Below the pieces are notes generated by a model, which did not search any database, was not told the origin of the DNA, and saw only the letters and a program-made list of their open reading frames with translations. Shown here in pieces: positions 44,842 to 53,130 of a stretch of 55,410 nt of DNA (positions are counted from its first letter, which is position 1; the number at the start of each line of letters is the position of its first letter). The stretch is from Cyanobacteria bacterium DS2.3.42 (GTDB taxonomy: Bacteria > Cyanobacteriota > Vampirovibrionia > Obscuribacterales > Obscuribacteraceae). The stretch spans positions 1-55,410 of the forward strand of contig PNLN01000104.1 of NCBI GenBank assembly GCA_013823055.1, written 5' to 3'. The position numbers and the translations under genes were made by a program.

Positions 44842-45354
44842 ATGCTCTTTATGAAACGCTGTTTTCACATCCTGCTCTTTCTTTCAATTTTCGCTGTCAC
44901 TGCAGAGAAAGCCCTTGCCGATCAAGCATCAGTACCCGCCGGCGTTACGCCGTCAAATTCAAATGGCGCCAGCGTCGAATCCTCACAGTCATCCGATCAG
45001 ACAGCGGCGCCTCAATCGGACAAAAACAGTCCAAGCGCAAAGAGCTCCCAAAACAATGCAAGCCTTCCTTTGAGAGTCACATCATTGCTGGCCGGAATTG
45101 TGATCGGCGCTCCGGTTGCTTCTTTTCGAAGAGCAATAGGTGAAGATTCCGAGGCTGCCGAAACCGTTACTTATGGCAAGAAACACTCCGGTTTGAAATT
45201 TGCAGCCCGCGTTGTGCTTCTGCCAGTGTGTCTTTTGCCGGGCGCCATTGAAGGAGTTTCGTATGCAGTAGAAAATAGCTGCAAGTACTGCGGAACCGCT
45301 CCATTGAGCAAGCAATCATTCAGCCTGGGGAAATTGGGCCCGTCGGAAAAATAG
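44842..45354 (+). CDS. Hypothetical exported/membrane protein
   Basis: It has a signal-like N-terminus (FHILLFLSIFAVTAEKALA), an S/Q-rich linker and two hydrophobic segments. Confidence 0.45.
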   Translation: MLFMKRCFHILLFLSIFAVTAEKALADQASVPAGVTPSNSNGASVESSQSSDQTAAPQSDKNSPSAKSSQNNASLPLRVTSLLAGIVIGAPVASFRRAIGEDSEAAETVTYGKKHSGLKFAARVVLLPVCLLPGAIEGVSYAVENSCKYCGTAPLSKQSFSLGKLGPSEK

Positions 45355-45490
45355 TCGAGCTCCCATTGGCAGATTGTCATTCACCGATGACACCTCACCA
45401 TATTCGGTGCAAGGCGTGAATCAGACAATATACAACTCGCCACTTACCAAAATTCGCCGAAAGGCTTCGCCCTTCAGGGCAGAGAGGACG

Positions 45491-45988
45491 TCAATCAGCA
45501 GCGGCTTTTCTCTTTGCTGCAACTGCACCTTTCTCTTGTACAGCCAGCGCCTTTTCAATGGCATTTACGTACTGATCTCTCGGCTTAGCACCCAGAATTT
45601 CCTTTACTTTCTTGCGGCCTGCAGTAAAAACTCCAACGGCCGGATACCAGTCTTCTGTATCGGACAAGAAACGCCCGACGTTCAGTGCTTTTGCCGTTTT
45701 TTGAGACTCCACAATCACATCTTTGGAAACATCAAGTTCCACAAACTTTACCTTTTCACCGTATTCATTTTTCAATTGTCGAAAAATTGGTCTGACTGCA
45801 TCGCACGAAATTCGACATGATTTATCGAAAACAAAGACGACAAGAACCCGCGAATCATCGGACGGCCTTTCTTCGGCCAGGACGAGCGGACAGAAAGCTG
45901 TAAACATGGAAATAAGAGAAACACTGGCAAGCATGAAACTGACACTTGCGAAATTTCCGACACACCGTTTGTCAGGCGAAAAATTCAT
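45491..45988 (-). CDS. Thioredoxin-fold protein with N-terminal membrane anchor
   Basis: The pattern VLVVFVFDKSCRISCDAVRPIFRQLKNEYGEKVKFVELDV has a thioredoxin-like layout, but the motif is CxxxC rather than CxxC. Confidence 0.45.
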   Translation of the reverse strand: MNFSPDKRCVGNFASVSFMLASVSLISMFTAFCPLVLAEERPSDDSRVLVVFVFDKSCRISCDAVRPIFRQLKNEYGEKVKFVELDVSKDVIVESQKTAKALNVGRFLSDTEDWYPAVGVFTAGRKKVKEILGAKPRDQYVNAIEKALAVQEKGAVAAKRKAAAD

Positions 45989-46213
45989 CCATCAAAATTC
46001 CTACAGAATCGCGCTGCAAAGCGGGATAGCACAGCGAATCAATGCGCAAGCAACGACAGTGAAAGCAACGCGCTCCCACAATACTCATTATTTCGCACTA
46101 TAGCAAGTTGGCATCACCCGATGCGGTGATGGTTGGCATGCTATCTTCAAAAGAAGCTAGCGGCAGCGAGAAAATAACTCGCCACCGCCCAAGCTTCCCC
46201 ATGAATGCTTCAC

Positions 46214-46783
46214 TCAATCTTTAATTAGCTGCTGCGATTGTGCATTTGGACAACAGGAGCCGCTTGGCTGTTCGTCGCTTGCGCCAAGGGCTGGTGCAGC
46301 GGTTATTTGACCGTAATAGACATCTTCAGGATCCATTTCTGGTTCTTTCCTTGCTCTCTGTGCATTGGACCAAATCTCCCCGGTCTCCAGGTTTTCAAAC
46401 CAGTCAAAAGGGTCAGAGCCGTCGCGAATTTTGTCGAATCTGGTCAATGCATACTCGGCAGCAATTGACTCCAATGCACTTGCATTTGGGTCTTGAAGAA
46501 CAGTTTCCAATTCACTTTTATCGATATCACCATCATCATTGAGATCGAGTGCATCTCTCTTTTTCAACAAAAGTATCGGCAAAACTGCAGTTTTTTCCAT
46601 CATGCGCATTGCATCAGAGCGCTTCTGCGGGTCATCACTCAAACCCAGGCGGGCGGCGGATACTTCTGCGTTTCGCTCCAAACTCTGGCTGCTCTCTTCA
46701 TAGTCCATAAGGTCATCGCTATTCATATCGCTTTTCACGTACTCATACACTTGAGCGCAAAAGCCTCTTACTGTATCTGGCAT
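46214..46783 (-). CDS. Acidic EF-hand-containing hypothetical protein
   Basis: A canonical 12-residue loop, DLNDDGDIDKSE, is present. The 189-aa ORF is acidic overall. Confidence 0.5.
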   Translation of the reverse strand: MPDTVRGFCAQVYEYVKSDMNSDDLMDYEESSQSLERNAEVSAARLGLSDDPQKRSDAMRMMEKTAVLPILLLKKRDALDLNDDGDIDKSELETVLQDPNASALESIAAEYALTRFDKIRDGSDPFDWFENLETGEIWSNAQRARKEPEMDPEDVYYGQITAAPALGASDEQPSGSCCPNAQSQQLIKD

Positions 46784-46830
46784 AACTGCTCCTTCAGGCT
46801 GTTATATGCAACCTAAACTGGGGAGAAAAA

Positions 46831-47790
46831 TCAGGCGATGTTACTGTCACGTCCGGACCATCTGTCACCGACATAGCCCGCGTTGCCTTGCCTGGAGAAC
46901 TTTCCGTCTTGCTCTAGTCCGCGCAAAACTATTTGCTCTTTGCCGTTTTCATCGATTGCAAATAGGTGGACGTAGTTGCGATCACTGCCGGGAGCAACAG
47001 GTTCTACGGAAATTCTGCAACGAATTCTTTTGCCGTTATTATCGATAAGTTCAATTTCGCTACGACCGGCTTCTTTGAGTTCCACAATCGCTTTCAGTTT
47101 CTCTTCAGAACTAGCTTTGGGATCTTCAAGAACATCCATGGCAGAAGCAGACCGCTTTTCTTTGTCTTCATTGCTTGGATCGTTTTTGTCCTTAGCAGCA
47201 TCCTTTTCATTTTCTTTCTCTTGCTCTGGCTCTTTCTGCGACTGCTCTCGCTCTTCTAACTGCTCGTCGTGCCGCCTTTGCTGCTCTTTCTTCTGTTTTG
47301 CTTGATCGAGTGTGGTGTCATGCTCATCTTGAGCCCACTCGGTAATTTCCTCGACAGAAAGATCGCCTGTGTCGAAAACATTCCACAATGACTCGTCGGT
47401 CATATCGTTAAATTGGTCCTTCATATACACCAGCGCCCGCTTAAGTTCCGGAGTCAAGGGAGTGCCATCAGGTAAGCATCCTTTCTCAAGAACAGCATCT
47501 AAATCCTCTTCGGTAATGTTGTTGCTTTCATCCGAATCACCACCTACAGCCTGGGCAATCTGGCCTACGACGTATTGGTTATCACCCGTCAATTCATAAA
47601 GCACGTTTTCTTCGTCGGTCAATTCCACCCAGGGAATGGTCCCCGCCTCTACTTCCTGACGTGTTCTGGAGGCATTTTCATTTTTTTGATTGGAGTTATT
47701 CTTCTCATCCATGCACTCTGAATACGCATGGCTGGAAACAGTGCCGTCTTCGCGTGTAGCACGCGCTTCGCAAACTTCCGCTTTGCTCAT
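46831..47790 (-). CDS. Acidic hypothetical protein with K/E/Q-rich coiled region and conserved C-terminal domain
   Basis: The start at 47790 has GAGGAG ~8 nt upstream; the ORF is open to 47817. An EF-hand-like DSDESNNITEED is present. The C-terminal segment is similar to that of the 49766-50698 product. Confidence 0.5.
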   Translation of the reverse strand: MSKAEVCEARATREDGTVSSHAYSECMDEKNNSNQKNENASRTRQEVEAGTIPWVELTDEENVLYELTGDNQYVVGQIAQAVGGDSDESNNITEEDLDAVLEKGCLPDGTPLTPELKRALVYMKDQFNDMTDESLWNVFDTGDLSVEEITEWAQDEHDTTLDQAKQKKEQQRRHDEQLEEREQSQKEPEQEKENEKDAAKDKNDPSNEDKEKRSASAMDVLEDPKASSEEKLKAIVELKEAGRSEIELIDNNGKRIRCRISVEPVAPGSDRNYVHLFAIDENGKEQIVLRGLEQDGKFSRQGNAGYVGDRWSGRDSNIA

Positions 47791-48077
47791 AATGCTCTCT
47801 CCTCTAAATCGACACAAACCAGGCGCGAAATCGCGGCAAGGTCTTAGTAATGGGGGAATACAAGGGTTTAACTAAACACGCGCAGTCAATCGAGACGCTT
47901 GAAGAATCTTCCTCAGCTGTCTCCCTTTTCGTTCAAACAAGCGTCTCAATTGCTGTTAGGCGCAAAAATCGTTTTTCTGGCAGGGATGTGATTCCAGTGC
48001 GGACCTTGGGGGTCAAGGCTGCTTGGGTTCACGCTCACAAACTAATCCATCACACTGACATTTGACTGACATCCGCG

Positions 48078-48770
48078 TCAGTCGCGGAACTGCAGTCTCT
48101 CTTTCTCGATTTTGTAGCCCATGCCTTTGACGTTGACGATAATCGACTCTTCTCCTTGGACATCCAGTTTACTGCGCAGTCTCTTGATTGTTTGCCAGAC
48201 AGCCGCTTCAGACGCATCGGATTCAGAGCTCCAAACGTGCGTCAACAAAGCTTCAGTGTCAAAACAATGATCAGGTCGGCGCACGAGAAATTCAAGCACG
48301 GCAAATTCCTTCGGCAGCAATTTCAGCTTTACGCCTTGGCGTTTCACAACCTTGGCGGCAATATCAATCTCCAGTTCGCCAACTGTCAAATTGCTGGGAC
48401 AATAACTGGCAGGGCGGCGCATGAGCGCGTTTAGGCGCGATGCCAGTTCTCTGAAATCAAACGGCTTGGTCAGGTAATCATCGGCGCCGGATGAAAATCC
48501 TTCCAGACGAAAGTCGATATCGGTTTTGCCGGTCAGCATCAAAACAGGCGTGGCGCCGCCGATGTCTCTATATTTTTTCAGAACGTCTACACCGGAAATA
48601 TCCGGAAGATTCCAATCAAGTATCGCCACATCATATGAATAAAGGCGCAGTCTATCGAAGCCCTCACTGCCTTCGGCAACATGTTCGACTATGTGCTTTG
48701 CATTTTCCAACTGTTCTTTTACAGATGAAGCCAATTGCTGATCATCTTCAATCAAAAGAATCTTGGCCAT
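48078..48770 (-). CDS. OmpR-family response regulator (REC + winged helix), no adjacent kinase
   Basis: The motifs are KILLIEDDQQL and VAILDWNLPDISG. The winged-helix region is LLPKEFAVLEFLVRRP...VKGMGYKI. An alternative start is at 48791. Confidence 0.85.
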   Translation of the reverse strand: MAKILLIEDDQQLASSVKEQLENAKHIVEHVAEGSEGFDRLRLYSYDVAILDWNLPDISGVDVLKKYRDIGGATPVLMLTGKTDIDFRLEGFSSGADDYLTKPFDFRELASRLNALMRRPASYCPSNLTVGELEIDIAAKVVKRQGVKLKLLPKEFAVLEFLVRRPDHCFDTEALLTHVWSSESDASEAAVWQTIKRLRSKLDVQGEESIIVNVKGMGYKIEKERLQFRD

Positions 48771-48875
48771 TGCGAATTTACCGGCGCCCATCTATATAAG
48801 GTCTGCGGCTCAATAATGACACAATCGGGATTATCTGCAAAGCTAGTTGATACAGATGACGACGAACATATCAAG

Positions 48876-49625
48876 ATGAAATACTACACTCGAATTCAAA
48901 CCACGATCTGCGTGGTCATGCTGGCTATTTGTTCCCTTTTTCCGCGCGCCGGCTGGTGCGCAAAGAAAGTGACGTATTTGCATGTCCAGCAGGCTCACAA
49001 CGTCCTTGGACCCGTTGATTTGCTAGCTTCCACCGGCACGTCGGTCTTGGTGCTCAAGAAACTCGATTGCTCCATTTATTTCGATGCGAAAAATCAATCG
49101 GTTTTGGTCGTATCACCCGTAAAGAAGCTCTATTTCCAGACACCCTTAAACAAGTTCGAATATGGGCTGGCCAATACGCTCGATACGATTACAGATTTGG
49201 AATTGTCCGCAAAATTCTGGAAATTTAAAGGTAAATCCACTCTTTGCGGAAACACCGTAGACGACTATATCTACAACAGCACAGTCAGCGCGTACGAGAA
49301 CGGAAACGCCTTTTTGCCGGGAAAGAGAGGAGAAACATCGGTTTACTGTAAATTTTCGACACTGCAATCGCCACTGGCCACAAAGTCACTTTGCCAGCTG
49401 CTCAGAAAAATGGAGCATGTCCCAAACGCTGATGGTGTGCCTGTGCGCATGGAAGCGTCATATGCACATGGTCGTCTGCGCAAAACTTTGACTACTTTAA
49501 AAATAAATGTGGAGCAACTTCCGGAGAAATTTCCGCCACCCCTCTCCGGCTTTACAAAAGCAAAAAAATCATCCGATATTTTCTTCGGGAGCTTGAATTT
49601 GATCGATGCAATCATGGACAAATAG
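48876..49625 (+). CDS. Hypothetical exported protein
   Basis: The signal-like N-terminus is MKYYTRIQTTICVVMLAICSLFPRAGWC. The start is uncertain: the ORF is open from 48735 and there is no clear SD. Confidence 0.4.
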   Translation: MKYYTRIQTTICVVMLAICSLFPRAGWCAKKVTYLHVQQAHNVLGPVDLLASTGTSVLVLKKLDCSIYFDAKNQSVLVVSPVKKLYFQTPLNKFEYGLANTLDTITDLELSAKFWKFKGKSTLCGNTVDDYIYNSTVSAYENGNAFLPGKRGETSVYCKFSTLQSPLATKSLCQLLRKMEHVPNADGVPVRMEASYAHGRLRKTLTTLKINVEQLPEKFPPPLSGFTKAKKSSDIFFGSLNLIDAIMDK

Positions 49626-49765
49626 AGTGCAGAGGTCTGCAATCAGCGAATTTAATGCCGCGACCCAAATTTGTCATGGGTGCGACCCAAAAGTGTAATC
49701 CTCAACTTTTACCGTATGAATATCGCCCGCAACGAACAAGTTTTGGCGGTAGGAGGATGTTTGAA

Positions 49766-50698
49766 ATGCTTACAAGAGCTGAGGCTACACAGCAGGGAAT
49801 GAAATTTGCCGAGCAGTGGGACAAAGAAAAACATACTGTTGGAGAAGATGGAATGAAAGCGTTCGCACAAGAACTGCATTCTTTGAACAGCTTGCCTGCC
49901 GCTCAAAAAAACTCCCTCAAGTGGGCGGAATTGCGCGGTGCAACTGACGGATTAATCACTCGCAATGTATTGCCAAATCTGGATGTCGCAGACAATAAAA
50001 CCAATCTACGCAATTGCAGAGTAGTTGGACTCACCGCCGATGGTGACAAAAATTCCGGCAACGACGACCTGGTCGTAGCAATAGGACGAAGAACTGACAA
50101 TACCTCAAGAGCCGAAAACGTAGTCATATTGGGACAAGATGGCAAGTTTTACCAAGCGCGCCAGGTCCAGGGCGGCTATGTTAGATCCGAGGAAGTAATT
50201 GCAGAAAACGCTGCAGAGCTGGAGCGCAAGTATAATCGCGCAGGGTTTACGCCAAAGTCAAAGGATGAAGTGTCAAAGGAAAAGGAAAGAACAGAAGAAA
50301 AGAAAACAACTGAAGAAATTACAGAAAGAAAAGGCAACCCTGCCGATCTCGAAGCGTTCAGAGACGAACTTAAGTCTTTCCAAAAGCAGTCCCCCTCGAT
50401 TGAAGCACTGGCGCAAACACAGTTGGACAGATTGGCAAAAGAATACAGCCAGCTTTCCGGTGATCAGCAGAAGATTGTGCTTTCAGACGTGATGGAAAAT
50501 AACAGAGCCGTTCTGGAAGATGTCTGGGTATGCGGTTTAAGAGCAAGCCGTCCACAGGTAGCAATCCAGCGCGGCGAGGATGGAACAATTAGATTCTCGG
50601 CCGATTGGGCGGATGGCACTACCTTTTTCAGACGTCCGCGAAGCCATCAAGTCTTCTCGCAAAAGTTCAAGTTAGAATCCAGCACGAAAACTCGGTAA
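49766..50698 (+). CDS. Hypothetical protein, apparent paralogue of the 46831-47790 product
   Basis: The ATG at 49766 has AGGAGG 9 nt upstream. It shares the segment CR[IV]...AI...[IV]V[IL].G..QDGKF...GYV with the upstream acidic protein. The middle is K/E-rich. Confidence 0.5.
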   Translation: MLTRAEATQQGMKFAEQWDKEKHTVGEDGMKAFAQELHSLNSLPAAQKNSLKWAELRGATDGLITRNVLPNLDVADNKTNLRNCRVVGLTADGDKNSGNDDLVVAIGRRTDNTSRAENVVILGQDGKFYQARQVQGGYVRSEEVIAENAAELERKYNRAGFTPKSKDEVSKEKERTEEKKTTEEITERKGNPADLEAFRDELKSFQKQSPSIEALAQTQLDRLAKEYSQLSGDQQKIVLSDVMENNRAVLEDVWVCGLRASRPQVAIQRGEDGTIRFSADWADGTTFFRRPRSHQVFSQKFKLESSTKTR

Positions 50699-50755
50699 CC
50701 TCGGTAACCCCGGCAATCTCGGAATCTCAGCACGCCCCTTAGTTAAGCGAGACGC

Positions 50756-50798
50756 GCAGCAACCAGAGGAAAGCTTCGTGCTTTCCTCTGGTTGCTGC
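50756..50798. terminator. Perfect 19-bp stem-loop between convergent genes (bidirectional terminator candidate)
   Basis: The sequence is GCAGCAACCAGAGGAAAGC-TTCGT-GCTTTCCTCTGGTTGCTGC. It lies between the stop at 50698 (+) and the ComEC stop at 50800 (-). Confidence 0.6.
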
Positions 50799-50799
50799 C

Positions 50800-52452
50800 T
50801 CACTTAGACTTGCTTGTTTTTTCGAGCTGCTTAATTAGGACTACGGAAAACAAAACCAGCCCCAAATAGTAGAGAAGGACCTGCCAGACCGCCACGGGGG
50901 GAACTGTTATTAACGCCCACCGGCAAGAAGAAAGTGAAACAACGACGTAAACAAGCAGATTCAACGCTATGGCGGCCAGCCAATCGAGAAGCGCCGCCAA
51001 GCATAGAAAAGGCTGAGACAAAGCAGTTCCAAATGGGCACAGAGCTGTCAAAAGTACAAGCAATGACGATGTGAATCCTGCCACCGTCACCGGTGTCACA
51101 ACAAGAGAGGCAAGAAGATTGGCGGGCAGAAATAGAAGGCCTATCTGTTTAAAATAAAACAGCTGCAAAGGCAATACGCAGGCCTGTGCGACCAGCACAG
51201 TGAAAAGGCAATCGAGCGACCAGCGCAGCCATCGCCTCTCGACCACTGCTTCAAGATAAGTGGCGACGGGCGCAACGACAAAGATTATGCCGGAGACGGC
51301 AACATAGGAAAGTTGAAAACCCGGATCGGCAACTGACAACGGATCGACTACAACGCTTATCAGAAGCGTCGCTCCAAGCAGACCGGCAATGTGGACGCGC
51401 CGGCCCAAACAGCTGCAGAAAATTGCGAGCGCGCACATCAAACTGGCGCGCACAACCGACGAACTGTTTCCAGCAAAAAGTACAAACACAATCATCATGG
51501 CAAAACTCACGCCATTGGTGGCTAATGCCGGTACGCACAGGGCGCGGCAGACCCAATGCGCCGAGAAAGTGACAACCGTAAGGTTGAAACCGGAGGCCGC
51601 CAGCACATGCGACAAGCCTACATTTCTGAAGTCAGCAAGCAATTCCGGGTCCAGACCAACGGCTTTCTCACCCAAAACCATTGCTGTAAGCAATGAACCC
51701 ACCTTTTGCCCAAGGTTTTGAATATGCACACTAATCAGCCGACTGCGCAAAGATTCGACGCTTTCACTAATGGTTTCTGCCAAAGTAAAAGTGGTTGCAC
51801 GCTCAAGTCTTTCATCCAGCACAAGGCCCTTCTGCCTGCAGTCGAAATAGGAGATGCTATTGATGCCAATCCTCTTAAGATAAATGGCATATCCGCCTTT
51901 TCCGCGTTTTGCAAGTTCATCGACCGACGTCACTGCGCAAGCGCATTTGAAGTGGGATTTTCGATTCAGCTTGTCGATAAAAGGTGATCCGCGCCGGATC
52001 ACTAGCAAAGTCTGTCCTTCACACTTTCTGTCTGTATTGCGCCAACCAAATTGCCTCTTTGTCAAACGTACGCTCTGTGCAGAGCAAATGAAACGCGCTT
52101 GCCCACCGCTTTTCAGTGGAAGTACGGCTTCTACTGTTGCTTCCAGATCAACATGTCTGCCTGCAAATTGCGCCAGATCGTTGCTGGAAGCTCTGGGAAA
52201 TCGCCAACTGGTATACGCAAAACCGAGAGGTGGAGCCAAAGCGAGAAACACAATCAGCGCGATAGCAGCCCCAGCCCTCTTTGCATCAACCAAATCACTA
52301 TCACTCTGACTGCTCATAAAAAATGCACATAAAACCGAACCGATTGTTGAAGGCCACAAAAGCAAAGTCCAGCTCTGTGAGCAAGCACAAACGAGCGCAC
52401 CGACGGCAATTTGCAAACCGGCAAGCAGCAAAAATACAGGGGGTGTGAGCAT
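50800..52452 (-). CDS. comEC: ComEC/Rec2-family DNA-uptake channel protein (no metallo-beta-lactamase domain)
   Basis: It is a multi-TM protein with the competence-domain motif GLSHVLAASGFNLTVV. The start at 52452 has GGAGG 5 nt upstream; the ORF is open to 52527. The protein ends right after the last TM helix. Confidence 0.75.
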   Translation of the reverse strand: MLTPPVFLLLAGLQIAVGALVCACSQSWTLLLWPSTIGSVLCAFFMSSQSDSDLVDAKRAGAAIALIVFLALAPPLGFAYTSWRFPRASSNDLAQFAGRHVDLEATVEAVLPLKSGGQARFICSAQSVRLTKRQFGWRNTDRKCEGQTLLVIRRGSPFIDKLNRKSHFKCACAVTSVDELAKRGKGGYAIYLKRIGINSISYFDCRQKGLVLDERLERATTFTLAETISESVESLRSRLISVHIQNLGQKVGSLLTAMVLGEKAVGLDPELLADFRNVGLSHVLAASGFNLTVVTFSAHWVCRALCVPALATNGVSFAMMIVFVLFAGNSSSVVRASLMCALAIFCSCLGRRVHIAGLLGATLLISVVVDPLSVADPGFQLSYVAVSGIIFVVAPVATYLEAVVERRWLRWSLDCLFTVLVAQACVLPLQLFYFKQIGLLFLPANLLASLVVTPVTVAGFTSSLLVLLTALCPFGTALSQPFLCLAALLDWLAAIALNLLVYVVVSLSSCRWALITVPPVAVWQVLLYYLGLVLFSVVLIKQLEKTSKSK

Positions 52453-52588
52453 TTCGCCTCCCCGTGACCAAGTTTTCAGATAATGGACCCAAATGCCCCT
52501 ACTATTAGAAAACGTCAGAACTGGCAAAAAAGTTCAATTCTGAGCCTTAAAATTGTGAAAGTGCTGAGTCGTACAGGAGCAAATCAAG

Positions 52589-53083
52589 ATGCCTGCCGAA
52601 AAGAGAATTTCCAAACGCCTGGGCCTTGCCTTTGTCTGCGGCCTTCTTTTTTTGGCACCGCCTGCAATTTTGGCCAAAGCCTATTACCCAACGGCCAGAG
52701 AGATGATTCAAAAGGCCGACTTCATTGCCCTGGTTAAACTGGAGCCTCCAGTAGCGATAGAAACCAAGGGAGCTAATTGGACATACGCAGAGGCTTCTAG
52801 CGCAAAGTTGAGCAAAGCAATAAAGGGCAGCTTGCCCACCAATTTCAAAATCCACGGCAAAGAGAATTTTAAATGTGCACAGTGTCACTTTCTAATCGGA
52901 GAAAATCTTGTTTTCCTTAGAAAAGATCAGGATCTATATGTTGGACAAGCCTGGAATATTTCTTGCCTGCCAGTCAAGAATGGCAAGGTAACTTGGTTCT
53001 CCAATCTGGATTCCAGACAGCCCGATGCCGAAACCAAACTTGATGACTGCATCAAGCAGATCAAAGTCGTGTTGAAGAATTGA
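52589..53083 (+). CDS. Hypothetical exported protein
   Basis: A 164-aa ORF with the signal-like segment LGLAFVCGLLFLAPPAILAKA. No motif was recognised. Confidence 0.45.
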   Translation: MPAEKRISKRLGLAFVCGLLFLAPPAILAKAYYPTAREMIQKADFIALVKLEPPVAIETKGANWTYAEASSAKLSKAIKGSLPTNFKIHGKENFKCAQCHFLIGENLVFLRKDQDLYVGQAWNISCLPVKNGKVTWFSNLDSRQPDAETKLDDCIKQIKVVLKN

Positions 53084-53130
53084 AGCAGCACAATTGAGAG
53101 CGGCTTTTTTATCCTCGGGAAAACGCGCTC

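Noticed and set aside
50691-50708. Tandem 9-bp duplication CTCGGTAAC x2 across the stop codon of the 49766-50698 gene
   Set aside because: There are only two copies, with no further periodicity. It is likely a small slippage duplication without clear function.
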